Assembly: GCA_049322915.1 (NCBI GenBank)
Contig: JBMOPW010000014.1
Span: 1,018,774 to 1,082,773, forward strand
DNA from: Candidatus Zhuqueibacterota bacterium
Lineage (GTDB): Bacteria; Zhuqueibacterota; Zhuqueibacteria; Thermofontimicrobiales; Thermofontimicrobiaceae
Direction: 5' to 3'
DNA length: 64,000 nt
Shown here: in pieces, positions 47,676 to 57,465 of the stretch
How the letters are laid out: the number at the start of each line of letters is the position of its first letter
How positions within the stretch are numbered: position 1 is the stretch's first letter
The notes under the pieces: model-generated
What the model was told of the DNA's origin: nothing
Database searches by the model: none
The model's input: only the letters and a program-made list of their open reading frames with translations
Position numbers and translations under genes: made by a program

Positions 47676-48881
47676 CTATTCTCTGTCAGTTTTCATCCGA
47701 TGTTTGCTTTGCTGATCCGCATTCCCGACTGCGGCAAAGCACAATTGCTCTATCTTCTGCGCGGTGTGCGCCCATTGAAACCGGGCGAAAACAGCCTGCC
47801 TGCCGGCGGTTCCCAGTCGTTCTTGCTGGCGCTCGTCGTGGAGCAGGCGGACAATCGCCTGGCTGGCGGATTCGGGATCCGCAGCATCCACAGCGATGCC
47901 GCACCGATGCGACGCAACGAATTGCATCAATTCCGGCGCGCGGGAGACGATCACCGGTCTGGCGCAACTCATGTATTCCAGAATTTTGATGGAGCGGCCG
48001 GCCACGTGTCCGTTGTTCGTGTCGAACAGCAACAGACAGGCGTCAGCCGCGGAAATGCAGGCGGCGACGTCTCGTTGGGGGACCGGGCCGATCCAGACCA
48101 CAGCGCTCGCCAGACCGAGTTCCACAGCGTAGGCCATGAGGCTTTTCCTCAGAGCGCCATCACCGACCAGCACCAGCAGCGCGTCTTTCTCCGACGATTT
48201 AATGCGGCTGAAAATAGAGAGCGTCCCGTGCACTCCGTGATGGGGATAAAAGCTCCCGGCGTACATCAGGATGCGGCCGCGCTCCGGCAGATTCAGTTTG
48301 CGCCGGGCCTGGATTTTATCCATCGGCCGGAACAAGCGGACATCCACGCCATTTTCGATGGTGATCATTTTCTGGCCGGGAATGGCATAGCTGCGACGTA
48401 ACCGGCGTTCGAGCTGCGGCGTGACCGCGATGAGCCGGTCGGCGCATCGCAGATTGAATTTTCGGAACAATTCGATGATGGTCAGCTTCCATCCGGGATT
48501 GCCGGCCTGGCGCAATTCTTCCGTCACCATGCCGTTGATTTCCACAATCGTCGGTATCTGAAAAAGATGTGCGATGAAATAGGGAGCAAAATTAAGTCCC
48601 ATTTCCCGGATATAAATCAGCCGGGGATGGTCGAGCGCTGCATGTTTCATCAATTGCCAGAGCAGCCGGAGATAATAGCCATGTTCACTGAAGAAACATC
48701 GGGATCGCGTTTTGATTCGGATGAACCGAGCAGGCATATCGCCGGGCATGTTCTCAAAAAACGGGGCGAACAGCGTGACGGCATGCCCCAGCCTGGCCAA
48801 TTGGCCGACGACCGCCAACACATGGGTTGCCCCGGCGGCTGGCGCGTCTAAATTTTCGTAGCAGACGTAATATATTTTCAT
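47676..48881 (-). CDS. Glycosyltransferase family 4
   Basis: IENGVD, YAGSFYPHHG, VGDGA, IKILEYMSC. Confidence 0.88.
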   Translation of the reverse strand: MKIYYVCYENLDAPAAGATHVLAVVGQLARLGHAVTLFAPFFENMPGDMPARFIRIKTRSRCFFSEHGYYLRLLWQLMKHAALDHPRLIYIREMGLNFAPYFIAHLFQIPTIVEINGMVTEELRQAGNPGWKLTIIELFRKFNLRCADRLIAVTPQLERRLRRSYAIPGQKMITIENGVDVRLFRPMDKIQARRKLNLPERGRILMYAGSFYPHHGVHGTLSIFSRIKSSEKDALLVLVGDGALRKSLMAYAVELGLASAVVWIGPVPQRDVAACISAADACLLLFDTNNGHVAGRSIKILEYMSCARPVIVSRAPELMQFVASHRCGIAVDAADPESASQAIVRLLHDERQQERLGTAGRQAVFARFQWAHTAQKIEQLCFAAVGNADQQSKHRMKTDRE

Positions 48882-48915
48882 CGTTGCGAATCAACTTTTC
48901 GAACTTTACAGCGGC

Positions 48916-49069
48916 TAAGTCTGCTCAGGTTCTGGGTTTAAAGGTTCAGAGTTCAGGGTTCAGGTTTCAGGGTTCAGGTTTTAAAAGAATATTCATTTAC
49001 AACATATAAAAAACGAAGGGATTCTAACCTTGAACCCGGAACTCTGAACCAGCCAACCGGAGTCGTTAC
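48916..49069 (+). mobile_element. MITE-like element, copy A
   Basis: Left arm CTGCTCAGGTTC plus GGTTCAG heptamers, core GAATATTCATTTACAAC, right arm ATTCTAACC..TGAACCAGCCAACCGGAGTCGTTAC. The same blocks occur in order at 57.0-57.6 kb. Confidence 0.6.
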
Positions 49070-49322
49070 ACATTGGTTTTAAAAAAAAGTATCGAATATC
49101 GCATTCACCGATTGGAGGAAAAAAATGGACATCCTGCCCAACTTCGTGACCTGGTGTCAGTGGCAGTTTTTTACGCCTGAATAATTGCCGACTTTTTTGC
49201 ATGCCTCCCGGGAATAGTTATCGACGACTGATTGAAATGTGTGAATTAAAAAAGCGTCGCATTTGTCAGAATCAGCAATTCGCCTGTCGCAGTTGATTTC
49301 TGATCATGACTTGAAATGGTGG

Positions 49323-49561
49323 GGCGCTGCTCCGGTTCCAGGGTTAAAGATTCCCGGCTCAGGGTTAATAAGAATATTCGCAACTGTCAGGTTCATCGTT
49401 CCAGAGTCCCCGGTTCAAGGTTGAAGAAAGACGGGGGACTCAGGATCAATGCTGATCGGATGGAAAACTAACTTCTGGAAACAGGAATACGATCTCATTT
49501 ATATTTAAAACGTCATTAACAGGGAACCTTGAACCAGGAACCTGCTAACCTGAGTCGAGAC
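49323..49561 (+). mobile_element. MITE-like element, copy B (composite)
   Basis: CTGCTCCGGTTCCAGGGTTAAAGATTCCCGG..GAATATTC, a second left arm GCAACTGTCAGGTTC, and right arm AACCTTGAACC..CCTGAGTCGAGAC. Confidence 0.5.
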
Positions 49562-49658
49562 CAGGGGTGTTAAATTACTGTCATAGATTTATTTTACGTT
49601 GCATATTTATGTAATTTATTTAAATTGTAGCTTCGGAACGAATCAGGCGGAGATGAAC

Positions 49659-52600
49659 ATGACCCATCGAACTAAAAAGACCGGAGACCACATGCCGGAC
49701 CTGGAGCAATTACAATCGCGCATTTCAGAACTGGAATTGCGGCTGGCGCACTATGAAAAAACAGAGCCGATGCTGCCATCGGACGATGTGCTGTTCCGCA
49801 CCATCACCGAGCAGATCGATGCCGCTGTCATTCTCATCGAGAACGGTAAGATCGTTTATACCAATCCCCAAATCGAGAAGATGGTTGGCTACTCAAGCGA
49901 GGAGATGCTGCATCGGTCGTTTTTGGACTTCATTGCCGGCGATGAAAAAGAAATTTCAGCGACATTGTATGAGCAGCGAATGAAGGACAGGGATTATTCC
50001 GGCAAGTTCGAACGATCGCTGCTGCATAAAAATGGAAGCACCATCATGGCAGAAATTTCGGCCAAAGTCATCCCGGTTAATGGGCGGATGGTGAGTCTGA
50101 TTTCATTTTACGATATCACCTCCCGCAAGCAAAATGAACAGGTGCTATTGGAAAGTCAGTTCATTCTGAATGAAGCCCAGGAAGTGGCCAATATGGGCAG
50201 CTTTGTGTGGAATTTGGAAAGTGATAGACTTGACTGGTCGGAGAACATGCTCAAAATCGCCGGGCTGAATCACGAGAATTTTATAGGTGCATTGCAGCCA
50301 ACAATTCAAAGTCTGGTACATCCTGAAGACAGAGCGCGGGTAGCTAAGGAAATTGCGGACATGCTGAGGCAGAAGCAATCCAGGCCCATGACGTTCCGCA
50401 TTCTCCGACCCGATGCTTCGGAGCGCGTGCTTCGGTCCTACTCCCGTTTTTATTTCGATGAGAATGGAGAAGTAAAAAAATGTATCGGCATCCATTTCGA
50501 CATCACGGAACAGGAGCAGAACAAGGCGAGGCTGAGCCGGCAGGAATCCATTTTACACACACTGGTGAACGCGCCCTTTGATACAATGGCCTTGATGGAG
50601 AAAGATGGAACCTTGCTGAGCATCAATGAGAAAGGCGCGGAACGCCTCCATTCAACCCCGGAGCAGTTGATCGGGAAAAATATTTATGAATTGTTCAGCC
50701 AGGAACTGAATCAATCCCGAAGAGGTTATGTGGACCAGGTTTTTCGCACTGCCCGGCCGGTCAGTTTTGAAGATGAGCGCGAAGGCCGCTATCTCATGAA
50801 CAGCATCTATCCGGTGCTGGATGCAAATTGTCAAGTCAATCAAGTCGCAGTGTTCGCGACTGATATTACCGGCCGCAAAATGGCCGAACTCGATCTGAAA
50901 AAAAGTGAGCATCTGTTGCGGACGGTGGCGGCGAATTATCCGGCTTACTTTTCGATCATCGAGAAAGACTTCACAGTCGGCTATACAGCCGGTAGAGAAT
51001 TCGCCAAACAGAATTTGAATCCGGCTGATTTTATCGGCCGGACGCTGGAGCAGGTGTTTTCTGAACAGGCGCCGTTTGTCACAGAGCGATATAAGGAGGC
51101 ATTCGCCGGCGAAGAGGTTACGTTCGAATTATTTATTAATCAACAATACCAGTTGTACCATGTGGTTCCGCTGAAAGAGGATTCCGGCGCGATCGAACGG
51201 ATCATGACGGTTGTCGAGAATATCACGGAGCGGAAACAAGCCGAGGAGTTGCTGAAGGCCAACGAAGAGCGCTATCGGTTTCTGGCTGAGAATACCGCGG
51301 ATATCGTTTGGATGACTGATTTAAATTTTAATGTAAATTTCATCAGCCCTTCGATAGAGAAGGTGCTGGGCTTCACGCCTGAAGAACGGATGCAGCAATC
51401 CGTGGGACAGATGATGACGCCGGAAAGCTTGCAGGCGGTGATGACGAAATTTGCAGACGAAACCCGGCTGGAGGAAGCCGGCGAAGCGACTTACGATCAT
51501 CTCATCACCATCGAAGTGGAATATTACCACAAGAACGGCTCCACGGTGTGGATGGAAAATTGCGTCAAAGCGCTGCGGGACGCCGACGGGAAACTCATCG
51601 GCATTGGCGGTTCTTCGCGCGATATCAGCGAACGAAAACGGGCGGAAAAAGTGCTGCGGGAGAGCGAGGAGAAATATCGGATGCTCGTCGAGCGGTCGCT
51701 GCAGGGCGTGGTCATTGCTCAGGCCAATCCGGTTCGCCTGAGATTCGCGAGCACGCCCATGGAAATTATCTCCGGGTATAGCACCGATGAGCTGATACAA
51801 TTCGATGCAGTGAAACTGAGCCGGCTAATCCATCCGGAGGACAGAGAAGTATTTTTCTCCAATTTCAAAAAACGACTTGAGGGTCAGGAAATTCCAGCGC
51901 GAGCCCAGTATCGGATCAACCATAAATATGGCGACATCCGCTGGGTGGAAATTTACAGCACTCGCATCGAATATGAGGGGCAACCGGCGACTCAGACCGT
52001 ATTTTTGGATATTACGGAGCGAAAGATTGCCGAAGAAGAACTGCGCTTCAGTGAAGAGAAATATCGGCGCATTGTGGAGACAGCCAATGAAGGCATCTGG
52101 ATGATGGATAAAAACTACTGCACCAGTTACGTGAATGAAAAGATGGCGCAAATTCTGGGCTATTCGGTGCAGGAGATGATCAGTTCGCCCATTCGCTTGT
52201 ATATCTTTCCGGCGGACTTGCCGGATCAGGAGCAGACATTAAAGCGACGCGTGCTCGGCGAGAGCGCACAATACGAGCGGCGCTTCCTTCATAAAGATGG
52301 TTCGATTCGATGGTTGTATGTTTCAGCCACGCCATTGAAAGACGAACGCGGTCAATTCGCCGGCTCGTTTGCTATGTTCACGGATATTACCGAGATCAAA
52401 AAAACCGAGCAGGAACTCCGCGATAAGCAGAGTGAACTGGAAGAGATACTGCGCGCGCTTCCCGATGGACTGGTCTACACAGACGTCGACAGGAAAATTG
52501 CCAAAGTGAACCCGGCGTTCGAGCGCATGTTTGGCTATCGAGCGGAGGAAGTGCTCGGTAAAAAAACTGAAATGATCTACGCGAATAAGGATGAATTTAC

Positions 52601-55600
52601 ATTGCAGGGATTGATTCGGTTCAATGTCAATGTGGAAGGCTTGTATGATCCCTATGAAATAAGCTATGTCCGGAAAGATGGCAGCATTTTCCCCAGTGAA
52701 ACAGTCGGGACGCCGGTTCATGGCGCTGATGGCAAACCGCTGGGATTTCTCGGACTGGTGCGGGATATCACCGAGCGCAAGCTCGCTGAAAAGAGAATGC
52801 AGGACCACGCCAACGAACTGCAATGGCTGTTCAAAAGCATGATCAATGCGTTTGTGATATTCGAATCGGTCTTTGATGCGGACGGTCGTTTCATCAGTTA
52901 CCGGTTCGTCTACATCAACGACGCGTACGAGCGGATCACATCCGTTAAAAACGAGGACGTCAAAGGAAAAACAGTGCACGACGTGTGGCCGGAAACTGAG
53001 CCAGCCTGGATCGAAAATTATGGCTACGTGGCTGTCACCGGCGTTTCAAAGACATTTGATTTGTACCATGGCCCCACCGGAAAACTGTACCACTGCAATG
53101 TGTATCGGCCCTGGGATTCGCCGGATCGGTTCTGTGTCATTTTTGAAGACATCACAGAGCGGGAAAAGTCGGAACGGACGCTGCGGGAGAGCGAAGAGCG
53201 CTACCGCGTCATGTTTGAAACAGCTCATGACGCGATTTTTGTGGCGGATCCCCAAAGCGGCACACTGCTTGATTTGAATATAAAGGCGGAAAAGCTGACA
53301 GGTTACACGCGCGAAGAACTCATTGGTAAACACCAGTCGTTCCTGCATCCGAAGGAGAGGAAGCAGTTGACCCGCGATACATTCCACCAGGCGACCCGGG
53401 AACGGGGCACCATTTTTACAGAAGTTGAAGTTCTGACAAAGGATGGAAAACTAATTCCGATTGAGGTGAGCTCCGGCGGAACCGTGACCATCGGCGGCCG
53501 CGATGTGCACTTTGGAATTTTCCGGGACATTACCAGACGAAAGAAGGCCGAACAAGAACTCCGCGAGAGCGAGCAGCGTTTCCGTTCGTTGTACGAAAAC
53601 GCAACGGTCGGTTTGTATCAGACCACGCCGGAGGGAAAAATATTGCTCGCCAATTCAGCGATTGTGAAGATGCTGGGCTACACTTCCATCGCTGATTTGT
53701 CCAGACGGAATTTGAATAAAGCTGGCTATGACCCACAACACCCAAGAGAATCGTTCATCAAACGGGTCGAGGAGAAGGGAGAAATTATCGGATTTGAGTC
53801 GGCCTGGGTGGCGAAATCAGGCAAAGTCATCTATGTACGGGAGAGCGCCCGGGCGATTCGGGACGAATCCGGCAAGACGCTGTATTACGAGGGGACGGTC
53901 GAGGATATTACTGAGCGGAGAAAGGCGGAAATCGCCCTGATTCAGAGCGAGGGGAGATATCGGGAACTGTTCGATGAAGCGCCGGTGGGCTACCATGAAA
54001 TTGACGCCCGTGGCTGCATCCGGCAGGTGAATTCGACGGAACTGGAAATGCTGGGGTATTCGAAGGAAGAAATGGTTGGCACGTTCATCTGGAAATTTAT
54101 TGCTGAACCTGAAGCGCGAGCCAGTGTGCTGAAAAAGGTAAAAGGACAACTTGCGCCGGGGAAAGGCTATGAGCGCACATTCATTCGCAAAGACGGCTCC
54201 CGTTTCAGCGCGCTGGTCGAAGATCGGCTGCTGCAAAACGAACAGGGCGAGAATGCTGGAATGCGCGCCACGATTCAGGATATCACCCAACTGAAGCGCG
54301 TTCAAAATGAACTCAGGTCGCATCTGGAATTTTTCAAAATCCTCATCGACACCATGCCCAATCCCATATTCTACAAAGACGTTCAGGGCCGCTATCTGGG
54401 ATGCAATGAGGCGTTTGCATCGGAAATTCTGGGCAGGAAAAAAGAGGAGATCATCGGCAAAACCATCAGGGAAATACCGGATACGATTCCTGACGATGTG
54501 GCGGAAATTTATCATGAACGGGATATGGAGCTTCTGAAGAATCCCGGCAGGCAAATTTACGAGACCAATGTGCTCACCGCCAGTGGGGATAAAAAGGATT
54601 TCATCCTCAGCAAAGCGACTTACAACGATCTCAATGGTCGTGTGGCGGGTATGGTCGGGGTGATGGTGAATATTACAGAGACGAAAAAGTTGCAGGTTCA
54701 ACTCCAGCAATCTCTGAAAATGGAAGCCATTGGTCGGCTGGCCGGGGGCATTGCCCACGATTTCAATAATTTGCTGACAGCGATTCTGGGCAATGCGGAA
54801 TTCGCCCTGGATCGGCTGAGTCAGAATAATCCCATGCGCGATGAACTGAATGAAATACGAAAAGCCGGCAATCGCGCGGCTGCGTTGACCCAGCAATTGC
54901 TGGCGTTCAGCCGGAAACAACCGTTGAAGCGAAAGGTGACCAACCTGAATCATGTCGTCACCAACATCAAGAAAATGATCCAGCGAATCATCGGCGAAGA
55001 CATTCATCTCGTCACCAGTCTGGACGAGAGTTTGAGTTCCTGTTATGTGGACCCGTCTCAGGTGGAACAGGTGATAATGAATCTGTCGGTGAATGCGCGG
55101 GATGCCATGGTCAGCGGAGGCACCCTGTCCATTGGGACGGAGAATATCACGCTGGACGCTATCAAATCTGACAAGAATAAAATGGTGAAGGCAGTCAGTT
55201 TGGTCATCCAGGACAACGGAGCCGGCATGGACAAAGAGACGCTGGCGCGAATATTCGATCCGTTTTTCACGACCAAAGGTCCCGGCGGCGGCACCGGACT
55301 GGGTCTTTCGGTGGTTCAGGGAATCGTTGAGCAGCATGAAGGATGGATACAGGTGGACAGCGAGGTGGGCGTTGGCACCACATTTCGCGTCTGCTTTCCC
55401 GGCATTTCAGCGAAGGTTGAGGCCGAAATGGTCGAGCCTGTTGCAATCAAAGCCTACCAGGGAAAGAGCGAGCGCATTCTGCTCGTGGAAGATGAAGAGG
55501 ATGTTCGTAATTTCATCAGCAAAATTTTGACCTGGTACAACTACGCCGTGGTGAGTGCGGAGGACGCGACCCGGGCGTTGCAGATTTTCGAAAAGGAAAA

Positions 55601-55838
55601 TGGGGAATTCGATCTGGTGCTGAGCGACGTCGTGCTGCCGGATAAAAGCGGTCATGATCTGGTGCGGCATCTGCTCAAAATTAAACCCGGCCTGCGGGTG
55701 CTCCTCAGCAGCGGCTACATGGACGAAAAAGGTGACTGGGAGAGGATTCAGGCGCACGGTTTGCCATTTTTGCAGAAGCCGTACGATTTGTTCGAACTGC
55801 TCGATACAATTAAAAAGGTACTGTCCGACGCGTTGTGA
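49659..55838 (+). CDS. Cytoplasmic hybrid sensor histidine kinase/response regulator with 13 PAS domains
   Basis: 13 PAS/PAC units ending in DIT/DIS/NIT, HisKA AGGIAHDFNNLL, NARDAM, DNGAGM, FFTTK, GTGLGL, C-terminal receiver (VEDE, SDVVLP, QKP). No TM. Start 49659 or 49692. Confidence 0.93.
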   Translation: MTHRTKKTGDHMPDLEQLQSRISELELRLAHYEKTEPMLPSDDVLFRTITEQIDAAVILIENGKIVYTNPQIEKMVGYSSEEMLHRSFLDFIAGDEKEISATLYEQRMKDRDYSGKFERSLLHKNGSTIMAEISAKVIPVNGRMVSLISFYDITSRKQNEQVLLESQFILNEAQEVANMGSFVWNLESDRLDWSENMLKIAGLNHENFIGALQPTIQSLVHPEDRARVAKEIADMLRQKQSRPMTFRILRPDASERVLRSYSRFYFDENGEVKKCIGIHFDITEQEQNKARLSRQESILHTLVNAPFDTMALMEKDGTLLSINEKGAERLHSTPEQLIGKNIYELFSQELNQSRRGYVDQVFRTARPVSFEDEREGRYLMNSIYPVLDANCQVNQVAVFATDITGRKMAELDLKKSEHLLRTVAANYPAYFSIIEKDFTVGYTAGREFAKQNLNPADFIGRTLEQVFSEQAPFVTERYKEAFAGEEVTFELFINQQYQLYHVVPLKEDSGAIERIMTVVENITERKQAEELLKANEERYRFLAENTADIVWMTDLNFNVNFISPSIEKVLGFTPEERMQQSVGQMMTPESLQAVMTKFADETRLEEAGEATYDHLITIEVEYYHKNGSTVWMENCVKALRDADGKLIGIGGSSRDISERKRAEKVLRESEEKYRMLVERSLQGVVIAQANPVRLRFASTPMEIISGYSTDELIQFDAVKLSRLIHPEDREVFFSNFKKRLEGQEIPARAQYRINHKYGDIRWVEIYSTRIEYEGQPATQTVFLDITERKIAEEELRFSEEKYRRIVETANEGIWMMDKNYCTSYVNEKMAQILGYSVQEMISSPIRLYIFPADLPDQEQTLKRRVLGESAQYERRFLHKDGSIRWLYVSATPLKDERGQFAGSFAMFTDITEIKKTEQELRDKQSELEEILRALPDGLVYTDVDRKIAKVNPAFERMFGYRAEEVLGKKTEMIYANKDEFTLQGLIRFNVNVEGLYDPYEISYVRKDGSIFPSETVGTPVHGADGKPLGFLGLVRDITERKLAEKRMQDHANELQWLFKSMINAFVIFESVFDADGRFISYRFVYINDAYERITSVKNEDVKGKTVHDVWPETEPAWIENYGYVAVTGVSKTFDLYHGPTGKLYHCNVYRPWDSPDRFCVIFEDITEREKSERTLRESEERYRVMFETAHDAIFVADPQSGTLLDLNIKAEKLTGYTREELIGKHQSFLHPKERKQLTRDTFHQATRERGTIFTEVEVLTKDGKLIPIEVSSGGTVTIGGRDVHFGIFRDITRRKKAEQELRESEQRFRSLYENATVGLYQTTPEGKILLANSAIVKMLGYTSIADLSRRNLNKAGYDPQHPRESFIKRVEEKGEIIGFESAWVAKSGKVIYVRESARAIRDESGKTLYYEGTVEDITERRKAEIALIQSEGRYRELFDEAPVGYHEIDARGCIRQVNSTELEMLGYSKEEMVGTFIWKFIAEPEARASVLKKVKGQLAPGKGYERTFIRKDGSRFSALVEDRLLQNEQGENAGMRATIQDITQLKRVQNELRSHLEFFKILIDTMPNPIFYKDVQGRYLGCNEAFASEILGRKKEEIIGKTIREIPDTIPDDVAEIYHERDMELLKNPGRQIYETNVLTASGDKKDFILSKATYNDLNGRVAGMVGVMVNITETKKLQVQLQQSLKMEAIGRLAGGIAHDFNNLLTAILGNAEFALDRLSQNNPMRDELNEIRKAGNRAAALTQQLLAFSRKQPLKRKVTNLNHVVTNIKKMIQRIIGEDIHLVTSLDESLSSCYVDPSQVEQVIMNLSVNARDAMVSGGTLSIGTENITLDAIKSDKNKMVKAVSLVIQDNGAGMDKETLARIFDPFFTTKGPGGGTGLGLSVVQGIVEQHEGWIQVDSEVGVGTTFRVCFPGISAKVEAEMVEPVAIKAYQGKSERILLVEDEEDVRNFISKILTWYNYAVVSAEDATRALQIFEKENGEFDLVLSDVVLPDKSGHDLVRHLLKIKPGLRVLLSSGYMDEKGDWERIQAHGLPFLQKPYDLFELLDTIKKVLSDAL

Positions 55839-55918
55839 CAGACAGCGCCGGCGCACTGAGCCTGTCGGCTGGAATTGAATGATAATCCGGCGAGGCGCTG
55901 GTCAGTGCTATCCATGGC

Positions 55919-57013
55919 TCAATCGGATTGCCTCATCTTTTTCAGGGCAGGAAAAATTTTGTGCACAGCTTTGTGAAATGCGAACGCGTCCAACTGGTCG
56001 ACCGTGATCCAGCGGTGGGACGCATGATCCGTCAACAACACGGTCCCCCGGATGTAGCGAGCCAGATGGGCGACCATCTCGATTTTGAAATGGCTGTAGG
56101 CGTGCTTCACCGTGGTGAGGTATTTTTCGATGCGGATATCAACGCCGGTTTTTTCCCTGATTATCCGACTGCACGCGCTGCGCGCGGACTCCACCTCCTT
56201 CATTGTCTCCACTTTCCCGCCGGGAAATTCCCAGAGACCGCCCAATAATCCCTCCTGATGGCGCTGCACAATGAGCATTTCATCCCCCCGAAAAATAATT
56301 GCCACAACGATGGTGTAATTCGGGATCTGTTTGGGTCTGGCCGTTACCGGGTACCGCTGCACGGATCCAGTCTGAAAACTCAGACAGAAGTTCGAGACCG
56401 GGCAGTCGCTGCACCGTGGCGCTTGCGGCGTACACATGATAGCGCCCAATTCCATCATGGCCTGGTTGAAATCGCCGGGCGAGCGCGGTTCCAATAATTC
56501 GTCGGCATGGCTTCGAAACACTTTCTGCGCCGCGCTGCTGTTCAGCGGGGCATCGATTTGAAAAAGCCTGGCCAGAACCCGTTTCACGTTTCCATCGACA
56601 ACAGCGCAGCTTTCCTGAAAAGCCTGACTGGCCACGGCTGCGGCAATGTATTCGCCGACCCCGGGCAACTTTCTGATCTCTGCGCAGGTCGACGGGACGC
56701 TCCCATCAAATTCCTGTGCGACCTGCTGCGCCGCTCGGTGAAGATTCCGGGCGCGCGCGTAATACCCCAAACCTTCCCACGCTTTGAGCACCTGCTGGAT
56801 ATCGGCGCGGGCTAAGGCGCTCACATCCGGGAACAGCCTCATAAAGTTGGTGAAATAGGCGGTCACTTTTATAACCTGAGTCTGTTGAAGCATCACTTCG
56901 GAAACCCAGATGGCGTAGGCGTCCCGGCTTTGCCGCCACGGCAGGGAGCGCTGGTGGGTGGCAAACCAGGCGAGTAGCGCGTCTCGAAATTTTTGCAGGG
57001 AGTGATCCTTCAT
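55919..57013 (-). CDS. mutY: A/G-specific adenine glycosylase
   Basis: WVSEVMLQQTQV, WEGLGYYARARNL, LPGVGEY, VDGNVKRV, C..C..CP..C Fe-S loop, NUDIX-like C-terminus. Confidence 0.96.
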   Translation of the reverse strand: MKDHSLQKFRDALLAWFATHQRSLPWRQSRDAYAIWVSEVMLQQTQVIKVTAYFTNFMRLFPDVSALARADIQQVLKAWEGLGYYARARNLHRAAQQVAQEFDGSVPSTCAEIRKLPGVGEYIAAAVASQAFQESCAVVDGNVKRVLARLFQIDAPLNSSAAQKVFRSHADELLEPRSPGDFNQAMMELGAIMCTPQAPRCSDCPVSNFCLSFQTGSVQRYPVTARPKQIPNYTIVVAIIFRGDEMLIVQRHQEGLLGGLWEFPGGKVETMKEVESARSACSRIIREKTGVDIRIEKYLTTVKHAYSHFKIEMVAHLARYIRGTVLLTDHASHRWITVDQLDAFAFHKAVHKIFPALKKMRQSD

Positions 57014-57108
57014 TGGCTGAGTTGACGATTCAGGGCAAAATAAAAATTGAGGTGACTGGTTAGGTTCCAGGTTTAAAGGTTCCCGGTTCTGGATTGAAGA
57101 GAATTTTC

Positions 57109-57189
57109 GTCGCTATTCAGGCATATAGTCTTGCCACGAAGATGTATCTTTTCCTTCGTGCCTTTGAGACTTGGTGGCTGAACAGATAC
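57109..57189. mobile_element. Nested 81-bp MITE-like insertion with apparent 8-bp target duplication
   Basis: Ends GTCGCTATTCAG / CTGAACAGATAC, flanked by GAATTTTC (57101) and GAATATTC (57190). Copy A has a single GAATATTC at this site. Confidence 0.6.
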
Positions 57190-57256
57190 GAATATTCATT
57201 TACAACCTGAATTTCTAAAATGAAATATCAAAAGAGCGCATAACGTATTATTTTGG

Positions 57257-57312
57257 TATGGAGTGCATCGACTGTGTCGATGCTTGAATTGACACAGTCA
57301 ATTCACTCCATA
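57257..57312. repeat. REP/REPIN-like double-hairpin element
   Basis: TATGGAGTG ... CACTCCATA enclosing GCATCGAC-TGT-GTCGATGC and TGAATTGAC-ACA-GTCAATTCA. Confidence 0.65.
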
Positions 57313-57437
57313 TTTCATTAGAAATTAAATAGCTAAATTTGATTAAAAAAATCCAGTTAAGAAATTTAAGTACAAAATATTAATAATATGAATAACCAGT
57401 TAAAATTTTGGCGTCCCTATTATTATTGGATATACGC

Positions 57438-57465
57438 GTAGTGGACGGTCGCGACCGTCCCCTAC
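57438..57465. repeat. GTAG-type REP palindrome
   Basis: GTAGTGGACGGTCGCGACCGTCCCCTAC: GTAG/CTAC ends around a GGACGGTC/GACCGTCC stem. Confidence 0.7.

Noticed and set aside
46986..48401. 471-aa plus-strand ORF
   Set aside because: Antisense shadow of the well-supported GT2 and GT4 genes, with no motifs.
53817..55337. 506-aa minus-strand ORF
   Set aside because: Antisense shadow of the PAS histidine kinase.
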